Virus record (IMG/VR): IMGVR_UViG_3300033153_000868
Location: 50,220 to 114,219 of that record
Length of the DNA stretch: 64,000 nucleotides
Reading direction: 5' to 3' (one strand)
Source: a virus
The stretch's first letter is position 1. Each line of letters opens with the position of its first letter. The translations under genes were made by a program, and so were the position numbers. This document shows, piece after piece, positions 1-9,800 of the stretch. The notes below the pieces were generated by a model. That model was given only the letters and a program-made list of their open reading frames with translations. It made no database searches and was not told the DNA's origin.

Positions 1-327
1 CTAAATACAGACAAAACCTGGAAATCCATTCTAAAGAAAGATGGAAGTGTACAACACTTAGACTTTCCTACCAAAGAAGTATTTAAATCATTTGTTGAGA
101 TATCTCCAAAAGAGATTGTATTGCAGGCGGCACAGAGACAAAAGTATATTGATCAATCACAGTCATTAAACTTAATGATAGATCCATCTGTCTCAGCTAA
201 AGATATAAACAAACTATATATGTACGCTTGGGAAGAAGGTGTAAAAACTTTATACTATCAATTTAGCAAAAGTTCAGCTCAGGATTTTGCACGTAACATT
301 TTAGAATGCTCAAGTTGTGAAGGTTAA
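1..327 (+). CDS. nrdA: Ribonucleotide reductase class I alpha subunit, C-terminal part (5'-truncated by the window)
   Basis: Frame is open from base 1 (LNTDKTWKSILKKDGSVQHL...). It contains the NrdA hallmarks AAQRQKYIDQSQSLN and GVKTLYY (tandem Tyr of the radical pathway) and a C-terminal CxxC tail (ECSSCEG). Confidence 0.95.
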   Translation, partial: LNTDKTWKSILKKDGSVQHLDFPTKEVFKSFVEISPKEIVLQAAQRQKYIDQSQSLNLMIDPSVSAKDINKLYMYAWEEGVKTLYYQFSKSSAQDFARNILECSSCEG

Positions 328-580
328 AAGAAGAATACTCAAATTACTAGCTTATAAAAATAAGCTTACATCATATCAAAAGGTTGCATCCCGTATAGGT
401 TATATGGGTGCAGGCTTTTTGATAGCAGGTCAATGGACACTACATCCGGGATTATTTATACTAGGTTTTATATGTGTAGTTATACAGACATCATCACGTA
501 AACAATGGAATCTTGTTGCTCTGAATATAAACGGGTTAATTGCTTGGACAGTTCATCTTATTAGAACAGTGCTAGGATAA
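317..580 (+). CDS. Small membrane protein with about 3 predicted TM helices, function unknown
   Basis: 87 aa, GTG start overlapping the nrdA stop. Basic N-terminus followed by three hydrophobic segments. Confidence 0.6.
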   Translation: MKVKRRILKLLAYKNKLTSYQKVASRIGYMGAGFLIAGQWTLHPGLFILGFICVVIQTSSRKQWNLVALNINGLIAWTVHLIRTVLG

Positions 581-589
581 GAGTTAAGT

Positions 590-1003
590 TTATTTTCTTA
601 ATCCTTTATGGTTATCAATTCTATCTAGAATTTTATTGAGTTCTTCTGTTTTTATTAAACCTGCCATTGAAGCATTCTTTAAAGCACTTATAAGTTGTAA
701 GATCATAAAAGGAACTACAACTACTTCTGATAGCCAACCTGTTCCTGCAAAGCCTCTTTCTACCATAAGAACAACCGTGAGTATAGCTATCCATACTGCC
801 GTGTTTCTGGTTATTCTTAATGCTTTATATGTTTTAAAACCTTCTCTTTTACAGCCTGCCCAAACTCCAAAAATGCCATCCAACCATAATACTGAACAAA
901 CAGCTAAGTATTGTTCCATGTTTTCCATTGATAAATCAAAAAAGTACGTACATAAATACGTACAAAATGCTGTTATGCTCACTATGAATAATTTAGTTGT
1001 CAT
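590..1003 (-). CDS. Putative holin (phage holin 4 / toxin-secretion holin-like)
   Basis: 137 aa with several TM segments, the pattern LDGIFGVWAG..K.EGF.T.K followed by ISALKNAS.AG, and a charged C-terminal tail. Last gene of the late minus-strand unit. Confidence 0.7.
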   Translation of the reverse strand: MTTKLFIVSITAFCTYLCTYFFDLSMENMEQYLAVCSVLWLDGIFGVWAGCKREGFKTYKALRITRNTAVWIAILTVVLMVERGFAGTGWLSEVVVVPFMILQLISALKNASMAGLIKTEELNKILDRIDNHKGLRK

Positions 1004-1095
1004 TTATAAATCTCATTTACTTTATCTATCCAGGTTTATACTATAATATAACTAAATAATATGTCATATGATAGATTTAAACCTGTTAATTTGTC

Positions 1096-4000
1096 TTACT
1101 TAATATAGAAATCAGAGTTTTTAAGGTATGAATCCCATTTCTGAATAGAATATAGTAGTGGGAATACATCTTTAATGTTTTTATATACCTTTAATTCTCC
1201 TTTTCTTTTACCTCTTTGATATACATAATTAGAATTAGCATAAAATGCTTCTTCATTTCCGGTTGCTTTAGCCATTGTATATTTGAAACCTCCAACAAAA
1301 ATCATTTCAAAAGCTTCAGACATTTCACTTACTGATCTTGATGCAGCAATAGGTGAGTTAAACATTTGCTCTACCTGTTCAAACCCTGCAAAAGAAGGCA
1401 TGAATAAAACAAGTTCCTTATATACTCTATCTGCTTGATATCTTGTTAAATTTTTAAATCTCTTTTCAGTATCACTATCATCATCATCACCAGATAATAA
1501 ATCATCAAATAGCAAAGAAATAAACATAACACTAAACATGATACCTAAATCACCCATACTTCTATAGAAACCAAATAGTCTATTCTTAGCTCTTTGATCT
1601 ATGTTACCCCCTCCACCATAATCTCTTGCTTCTCCAAACTTTTCACTAGTATATGCTCTGACTTGTTGGTTTAGGTATTCTTTACCCATTGTTCTAAAGT
1701 TCATATTACCTTGAGCCAACTCTTTTCTTGCAAAATTTAAGAATGATAAAGCAGATCTATATCTACCTTCCATCCATCCTAGATTTTCATCAAAGTATTC
1801 TCTTTGATACCTTGCTCTAATTGCTGGAGCCAACCACTTTTTAAATTGAATAGCTAATGCACCAAGTGTATGTGACTGAAGAACAATTCTATCTTCCTTG
1901 GCATAGTTACCATGAATTTGTTTGTTAACTTCTCTAATCTCATTTCTAATTTCATATCTTATATCATCATTATAAGCTACTTCTTGTCCATTTCTTTTGA
2001 TTACTATATCAAAACCATCTTTAATTTTATTCTTATGTGTTTTTGTATCGTATTCAAATGCATCATAAAATGACAGCTCTTCTCCTGTTTTACTATTTCT
2101 AATCATAGTGTCCATAAGTATAGCCATACCCACTTTGGTCTGTGAATTATATTCAGCAGCATCTTGCATCACGTAACCCCACTCAGTTGCTCTATCAAAC
2201 CAACTCTTACCATCTTCAGTAGCTCTACTTTGTTCACGTATATCAGACATACTATCCATCATTCTGAACATATCAACAAAAGCTTCATACTTACTATTAG
2301 GTAATTTTTTATCATAGTCAGCTTTAGCTAATCCTGGTATAACACCTAATGTTACTACGTCAAGTAAATCTTCTGCACCACCATGTGCTGTTCTATTGAC
2401 TAATCCTGGAATAGCTCTCTTATTAAATTCCCAGGTTGCTCTTTTAAATGCCTTTTGACTATAAAATCTACCACCAATAGATTCAATATTGTTATTTATT
2501 CTACCAATCAAGTAGTTATTAAAGTTACCAAATGGGTTAAACGCTACATATGATAAAGAAGACAACTGAATAAGACCATCTGCAATTTTATCTACAGCAC
2601 CCTTAGTAATGTTTTCATTTTCATAATGAATCATAGACATAAACTTCTTTGCTCTACGTACTACATTTTTTTCTTGAGTACTTGTATTAGCTTTAGTACC
2701 TAAATTATCTACAACTTTATCTTTTACTTTTGCTACTAGATTTAATCTCAATCCAGGAGCAGGAGTATATGTTCTGTTTTCAATTACCTTAACAAAAGCT
2801 TTTAAGGTATCATCTACAGCGCCCATTGTTTCATAGTTTTGAGCCATTGCACTAAACTTAAGTAAACTAGATGCCATATCTGTGCTAATCTGTCCTCTAC
2901 TTGGTGTTGCTCTGAGCCTTACCATTTTACCATTTAATACAGCTATTTGCTTTTTATACTGTTGATCTTGGATTTCATTCTTTTTATACTTTGATTTAAG
3001 AAGATCAATTTCTTTTTGTAAATCAGCCATATCAGTATCAAGCTTAGGTCTACCGGTATAGTAGATAGGCATTTGATCAATAATATAACCCTCATTATCT
3101 AGTATAACATTTTTTTGAGTAGAGGTTTGTTGAAACATATTCCAAGCCCTACTCTCTGTCATACTAGCATATAGCTTGGTAAACAAAGTTCCTTTCTCTT
3201 TTACATCAGACATCAATCTATTCTGTACTAAAGGAACTCTACCCAACATTTGTGCACTTTGCCCAATAGGTATTTTCTTAAGCAAGTCATTCTCATACAT
3301 ATCTATGTATAATTGATAAAACTCCCTTTGGGCTACAGATTTTGCGTCAGTACCGCTCATTATGGCATCATACTTGGCGTTTCTCATATTACGTCCATCA
3401 AGGGTAGTTTCTAGTATTTGTCTATACTCTGCTTTAGGCACCATCATATCTTGACGGTCTTCTATAATTTGTCCTGTTGCCTCTCCCTTTATTCTTACAG
3501 CTCTGGTATATTCAACCGGCTGATAATATTTTGCAACATAAGCTGCATAGTCTGCATCTGAAATATTTTTTTTCTTTTCCCAACTTCCTCTTTGATTAGT
3601 TTCAGCACCGGGTCTCCACACTTCATATTTATTTCTGATATCAATAAACTCTTGGGTGTACTTGTGATACATACCTGAAGGACGTAATGTACCATCATCT
3701 CTTTTTTGCTCAGCCATATAAAAATCTCCATATGCTTTCTTTTTAGCAGCTAGATCTTTATTGTATTCTATATCTTCCTGACTTGCTGTTTCTAAATCAT
3801 AAACAGGTCTGTATTGATATGGTGTACCTTCATTATCATAAAGTTGACTTCTGAGTTCATTTTGTATAGCCCAATATTGTTCTCCTATTTTTGTTACATA
3901 TCTACCATTAAAAGTACCGTCTGCATCATACTCTAACATGAATTTATATAACTCGTCAAGTTTTAATTCAGGTGATAACTTTGCAAGCTTTTGTCCAGCC

Positions 4001-6873
4001 GTTCTTATAAGGTTTTCTCTTTGAGCCACAAGATCTAATAGCTTTTGATTTTGGGCTTTTCTTATTTTATCCATTGTAGCCAATAGTACATCTGGAGATG
4101 TTGCCATATCTTTAGTTTGATATTCAGTGTCACTGATATCTGCAGCTTTTTCCATCAAAAGCTCTAAGTCTTTTTCAGTATATAAACTATTTTCACCACC
4201 AAAATCTCTATTTGATTTTAGCCTCACCATTTCTTTAACATAGTCTTTTAGTGCTTCACCTACTATTCCTCCTGTGTCAGTGCCAGCACCACTAAGTAAA
4301 TTAAGTTGTTGTTGTAATGATAAAATTAAATTCTTTTGAGTATTATTTAAACCTTTTAAATCTTTAAGTATAAAAAGCCCTTCAAACGTTTTCATATACT
4401 TATCAAAGTTTAAAACATAAGAAACATATTCAGGAGAATTTATATTCTTAGGATTTTCTACATAAGCTCTAAAATCTTTTATTTGAGATAAAGCATCAAG
4501 CAAAACTTCAGACAAAGCTTTTGATTGGCCTTTAACACTACCAGCCATAGCTAAGTTTATATATGCTATTGTTTTAGATATTTGATCAATTTCATTTTCT
4601 TTTGTTGATTCCATATATATATTAGACTTCAACAAAGGAATCATATCCCTTTTCTCAATAAGTGCTTTCTGATATGTATCTAGTAAACCAGCTGCAGCAT
4701 TATATTCATCATAGTTTTCTGCTGCTTTTTTATCATCTTCAGTTGTTTCCTCTTTCTGGTCTTTACCATTCCATATTTTATTGTATGAACCTTCTTGATC
4801 TTTTTCTAATCTACTTTTTTGATAGGAGTTTCTTACTTCTGGTACAAGAGCATCTACTAAATTAAGATTTTGACTTACAGGATGAGGGACCCATCTATCA
4901 AATTCAATTGATCCATCAAACACTTGATCAGATCCTGTTCCTTCTATACCAACTTTAAAGTGTATTGTAGAGGTGGCCCATTCATCATAAGATACTTCAT
5001 ACCCCATATTTTCAGCCATTCTTCTATATACATTAACTTGTAAGTTATGCTGTTGCTCTGTTGATAATTCTTTTGCTAATCCTTGTTGATATAACACTGA
5101 GTCTTGTTCTAAGGCGTAAAATCTTTCTTTATATTGATTTCCTATACGCTTTCCTTTTTTATCATTTAAAGCTACCTCTTTACTTAACTCATTTTTTGTA
5201 GTCTTAAGATCCATGATGTTAATTCTACCATGTTGATCTATAATAAATACATCTGCAGTACCGGCCATCTTAGAAGCTTCATCAAACAAAACAACTTGAG
5301 ATAACACAATTGCACCTTTCATTTTTAAACTATCCATAATACTAGCAAGAGTATCAAAAGTATCTTTAGCTTTATCTTTAGATATGTTATTTGTCTCTAG
5401 TGCAGCATATGCATCTTCAAAAGAAAGATTAGCAATAACACCATCTAATAGTGTGTCAACCTCATTACCAATATCCAAGTTAATCTTATGAGCAACTTGT
5501 TTATCTGGTGAAAGTTTTCCTTTTATAGCTGTGGTTACTGATGTATATACTTTATCAGAATCATTAGAATTTATATATGTATGATCTTCTTTATTAAGTG
5601 TTACAATTGAATCTCCAGCAGCTGCATCTTTTACTGACGCTGACAGAGAATCAACAAGACCAGAGTTTTCACTCTGTGCTACATTAAATAGCTGCATTAT
5701 AATAGGCTTCTGCGTATCATTAGCTCTTTCTAGTGCATCTTTGATTTGTATTTCTTTAGATGGTGATAAACTATATCTTAATTTACCGTCAACTCTTTTT
5801 TCTAGTTTAAACTGAATGCCTTCCGTATTAAGTAGTTTAGCAATATCACTTAGACTTGTACCCGGTTTAATAGCAGATACAGGTAACTCTCTACCAGTAA
5901 TATATTTATTAAGGTTTTCAATTACTCCTTTAAACCACTCAAGAAGTTCTTTAACTTTTGCTAGGAATCCTTTTGTAGGTGTTGTTTCATATTCTTTTTT
6001 GAAGTGTCTTGATAATGCTTGTGTTACAATTTCAAGATCTCTTTCTGTATCTGTAAAATTTCTTGTACTACTATTGTAAGCATCTTCAATTTCTGCTGAT
6101 AGTTCTGGAAAATTATTTACTGCTTCATCAAGAAGTGAGTTAAATAATTCTTCATTCTCCATCTTTACTGCATCTATAAAAGGATGCAACATTTCTTCAA
6201 TTGCTATTTCATCTGTGACCCTACCTTTTATTAAGTAAGCTACACCATCCATATAAAAAGAATTTATCTCATTAAAAGGAACGTTATTGGTTTTAGTTTT
6301 TGGTAATGATTCATACATTACTCTTGCTTGTGCAACAGATAACATTTTAACTTGTATCTGTGGAAACATTCTTTTAAGATGCATAACAACCGCTCTTGAT
6401 CTATTGGTGTCCCATGATCTTGAACTTTCAAGTATATCTCTAGCAGAGAACATATTATTGTTAGGTTCAATCTTATAGCTTTTTGGCGTTCTTGTTACTG
6501 TAAATGAATCTTTTGGTATGTTATTAATTTCTAAGTATCTGTAAAACCTTTTTAGATTACTTTGTAAAAAAGCTTCATCATATGATAATGTCTGAGGATT
6601 TGAATTATTAATTAAAAACTGCCCTGCTAAATTGCTACCTATTCTTTCTCTTCTTAAATTATTGAGCACGCTTTCTCCAAATGCTTTTCTTTTTAATGAG
6701 AATGCAATATCTTGGTCTTTAACCATAGTCTGAGCTTGGACAACACTAGGAAACGCATCAGAATCATTAACACGTTGCCAGTCACTAATAACTTTAGATG
6801 TTTTGATATCAGTACCATATTCATCCTTTAATGCTTGGTATCCCGGATCATTTCTATTATAACATTTAGCCAT
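1096..6873 (-). CDS. Giant putative ejected virion protein with a degenerate zincin-like region and a PD-(D/E)xK nuclease-like domain
   Basis: 1925 aa directly downstream of the vRNAP gene. EEMLHPF (~6178-6199) sits in a zincin-like context. AGTAD..IID..G.I.IMDLKT (~5200-5265) plus QL/QVxxY matches the PD-(D/E)xK fold. Single Cys at residue 4. Confidence 0.75.
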   Translation of the reverse strand: MAKCYNRNDPGYQALKDEYGTDIKTSKVISDWQRVNDSDAFPSVVQAQTMVKDQDIAFSLKRKAFGESVLNNLRRERIGSNLAGQFLINNSNPQTLSYDEAFLQSNLKRFYRYLEINNIPKDSFTVTRTPKSYKIEPNNNMFSARDILESSRSWDTNRSRAVVMHLKRMFPQIQVKMLSVAQARVMYESLPKTKTNNVPFNEINSFYMDGVAYLIKGRVTDEIAIEEMLHPFIDAVKMENEELFNSLLDEAVNNFPELSAEIEDAYNSSTRNFTDTERDLEIVTQALSRHFKKEYETTPTKGFLAKVKELLEWFKGVIENLNKYITGRELPVSAIKPGTSLSDIAKLLNTEGIQFKLEKRVDGKLRYSLSPSKEIQIKDALERANDTQKPIIMQLFNVAQSENSGLVDSLSASVKDAAAGDSIVTLNKEDHTYINSNDSDKVYTSVTTAIKGKLSPDKQVAHKINLDIGNEVDTLLDGVIANLSFEDAYAALETNNISKDKAKDTFDTLASIMDSLKMKGAIVLSQVVLFDEASKMAGTADVFIIDQHGRINIMDLKTTKNELSKEVALNDKKGKRIGNQYKERFYALEQDSVLYQQGLAKELSTEQQHNLQVNVYRRMAENMGYEVSYDEWATSTIHFKVGIEGTGSDQVFDGSIEFDRWVPHPVSQNLNLVDALVPEVRNSYQKSRLEKDQEGSYNKIWNGKDQKEETTEDDKKAAENYDEYNAAAGLLDTYQKALIEKRDMIPLLKSNIYMESTKENEIDQISKTIAYINLAMAGSVKGQSKALSEVLLDALSQIKDFRAYVENPKNINSPEYVSYVLNFDKYMKTFEGLFILKDLKGLNNTQKNLILSLQQQLNLLSGAGTDTGGIVGEALKDYVKEMVRLKSNRDFGGENSLYTEKDLELLMEKAADISDTEYQTKDMATSPDVLLATMDKIRKAQNQKLLDLVAQRENLIRTAGQKLAKLSPELKLDELYKFMLEYDADGTFNGRYVTKIGEQYWAIQNELRSQLYDNEGTPYQYRPVYDLETASQEDIEYNKDLAAKKKAYGDFYMAEQKRDDGTLRPSGMYHKYTQEFIDIRNKYEVWRPGAETNQRGSWEKKKNISDADYAAYVAKYYQPVEYTRAVRIKGEATGQIIEDRQDMMVPKAEYRQILETTLDGRNMRNAKYDAIMSGTDAKSVAQREFYQLYIDMYENDLLKKIPIGQSAQMLGRVPLVQNRLMSDVKEKGTLFTKLYASMTESRAWNMFQQTSTQKNVILDNEGYIIDQMPIYYTGRPKLDTDMADLQKEIDLLKSKYKKNEIQDQQYKKQIAVLNGKMVRLRATPSRGQISTDMASSLLKFSAMAQNYETMGAVDDTLKAFVKVIENRTYTPAPGLRLNLVAKVKDKVVDNLGTKANTSTQEKNVVRRAKKFMSMIHYENENITKGAVDKIADGLIQLSSLSYVAFNPFGNFNNYLIGRINNNIESIGGRFYSQKAFKRATWEFNKRAIPGLVNRTAHGGAEDLLDVVTLGVIPGLAKADYDKKLPNSKYEAFVDMFRMMDSMSDIREQSRATEDGKSWFDRATEWGYVMQDAAEYNSQTKVGMAILMDTMIRNSKTGEELSFYDAFEYDTKTHKNKIKDGFDIVIKRNGQEVAYNDDIRYEIRNEIREVNKQIHGNYAKEDRIVLQSHTLGALAIQFKKWLAPAIRARYQREYFDENLGWMEGRYRSALSFLNFARKELAQGNMNFRTMGKEYLNQQVRAYTSEKFGEARDYGGGGNIDQRAKNRLFGFYRSMGDLGIMFSVMFISLLFDDLLSGDDDDSDTEKRFKNLTRYQADRVYKELVLFMPSFAGFEQVEQMFNSPIAASRSVSEMSEAFEMIFVGGFKYTMAKATGNEEAFYANSNYVYQRGKRKGELKVYKNIKDVFPLLYSIQKWDSYLKNSDFYIK

Positions 6874-6888
6874 TTGATTATTGTTTAA

Positions 6889-9800
6889 TTATATAAGACA
6901 TTTAAGTCTCTCAATTATTTCTTGTTCTCCCTCTTCTGTTTGTGAAAATAAATCACCGTATAAAGCTATTGCATCATCAAGTGTTTTTATATTTTCTCCA
7001 GAAAGCTTTTCTAAAGCAGCACTATTACCTTCTACATTTGCATCCCACCATTCTACTAAACTTGAAGCTTCTGAAATTTCTTCTGAAGCAAAAAGATCAA
7101 GTTCTAGTTGTTCTTGCTCTTGTTGTTCAAGTTCTGTAGCTTCTGGAATGCTCATATCAGTATCTTCTATAATAGCATTTCCTGTCTCATCAAATATAGC
7201 ACTATCTGTGTTAGCAGACAACTCAGCCATTATTTTTGCCATATCAGATATATTTGTTTCTGCTGCATCTATATCTGCTTTAACTGTTACAGAATCTGTA
7301 GTTTGATTAACTATTGCTGAGTCAGAGTTTAATACTTCATTAACTTCTAGTATAGCTCCAAGATTAGTATCAACAGGATACTCAACCTCACTAGTTTGTT
7401 GTGCTGGTTGTTCTAGTTGTGCAGCTCTATCTTGAGGTAAACTATTTTGTGTAGTTCCTTTGCCTACATTTCTTGCTTGATCATATGTAAGTCTAGGTCC
7501 TCCTACAAAACCACCACCAAATTGTTGATTAGAACCCATAGAAGGAACTTCTAAGTATTCAGTTACCTTTGCATTAGGATTATCTTTAGCAAGCAATCTA
7601 AACAAAACATAGAAATCTCTACCTTGTCTTTCAACTTTAACCCTTACAAACTCTTTTGCATTTACATGTTCAAAACTCTCAGAAGTAATAGTAAACTTAT
7701 TAGGTCTAGAAACTGGGTCAAAAGTAAAGCCTTCATCAAGACTAGAAGCATCATAAGTGACAAGCAATGGTCCTACAACATTAGATTGTAAGTATCCATA
7801 TTTAAAATCTTTCATCACTTCTTCTTTAGAGATACCAAAGACACTTTCAAATTCTACTTGTCCTTTAAGTGCAGCTTCTACAGAACCAACATTCTTAAGA
7901 TATTTATTCATAATAAAAGGACTCATTGCACTCATAAGACTTCCATACTTAAGCTGCAATCCATCTTTAACCATCATGTAATGCAGAATGTCTTCAGCTA
8001 TTTCTCTTGTCTCAAGTGAACCATATAGTTTTGCAAAGGATGTTTGTAAATCAAGTTTATTAGATGCATTAAGTCTTCTCCATGTATCCGCTTTTACTAA
8101 ATTCATTCCTGTGTTATTACCCTGAGTTCCGGCATATTGAGTACCTACAAAATTATCTAAGAAGTAATTAGGCTCTGCACCTTGTTCAGCTCTTAGCAAT
8201 TGTAAATCTTCAATTTTTTTAATCAATGATAAGTTAGTTGTACCTACAGGACCAGGATAAAGCAATGTGTTTTCTACAGAAGAATTACCAGAGCTATTAT
8301 TAAGAAGATGTTGGTATGACTTAATTGTTAAATAAGATAATAGATCTTGTTCAATACCATTTTTTGCTACATTATCAAAACCTCTTGAGTCAACATTCAT
8401 TTGATTATAAGTAGGCTCTAGTATATCATTAAAGTCCTGACTCATAGTTAAAATAGTGTTAGGTAAAAGATCATTATGTATTTGACCAAATATTTCTAAA
8501 TAAGTACTCTGCCAAGTTTTGCTATTCTTACCATAAATAGGTCTGATATTCATAGGTGCTTCCTTATCAAACAAACTAGTAATTGTCTCAATAGCATCTT
8601 TCATTTCTGGTATTGAACTAGGTAGACCTTGAGTAAGACTTGTTACTTTATTTATTTTACCTGTAAAGTTTTTAATGTTATTAAGTCTTTCAAATAAAAA
8701 TAGTATTTGAAGTCTTTCATTATTAGTTAAATCTTCAGTGCTGTCTACAGCTGTCTCTAAAAACTCATCTGATAGTTTTACAAATGGTGGTTTATTGCCA
8801 CCTTCTTTTTCCTTAGCAACTAATGAGGCTAAAGATCCAATACGTTTTGTTAAAAGAGTATCTAAACCTGCATCAAATTTGTCCTCTTTATTTAAAGCTT
8901 GATCATACAAGTCTCTTATTTCAGCAGAATTTACTAATAAAATTGAAGTTCTTAGTGGGATCCCCAATGAAACCATATTACCAACTAAACCAACAGCATG
9001 AATATTAAGTCCAAACTTTGCTATTAAACGTTCTTTAGCATTATCAGTTTCCATTGTTACTAGAGTAGAAATAATATCTTGTATTCTTTCACCATTTATT
9101 TTGTCTTTAGTAAACCCATCATATGTATTATTATTAAATTTTATAGGTCTAGCTAATTTAATATTGTACTCACGCAATAAACTTAAAGCTAAATTAGGTT
9201 TAACAATAGCACCAATTGCAGCTCCTTTGTTTGCTTCAAAGGCTTTTATCATTCCATGAAGTGTGTCAATATCTACATCAGAATCCTTTCTGCTTGCAAA
9301 TAATTCTATACCCTCAACATTAGAAAGCTCATCAAATAAATCCTCTAATATTTTTAAGTCAGCTGCTTGATAAGCAATAGGTAAATCAGACTTACCTTCA
9401 CCAGCATCTTGATCAATAGTCTTTAGTGTTTCACCTGTTACACCAGTATTACCTGCTAATACATATCTATAATCTAAAATGTTATTGTTTAAAACCGCCT
9501 CATTAGGTGATCCAAACTTTTTAGAATATTCTTCAAATTGTTTTTTAGTAACAGGAAGACCCAATATTAACATTGCTCTAAGAGCTTCTTCTGATATACT
9601 GTTTACACCTTGTTTATCTGTAACTCTATTTTGTTCAGAATCACTCAAAGAGTTTTCCCTTCTAATAGCCAAGGTTTCCTCCTTGTATAAAGAAGATGAT
9701 GTACTATAAATATTATTAGGTTCAGAAGCTTTTTGATTCATGTACTTTATATACTCAAAATAAGAATTACCAGAACCGTAAGCTTTAAATTCTTTATTGC

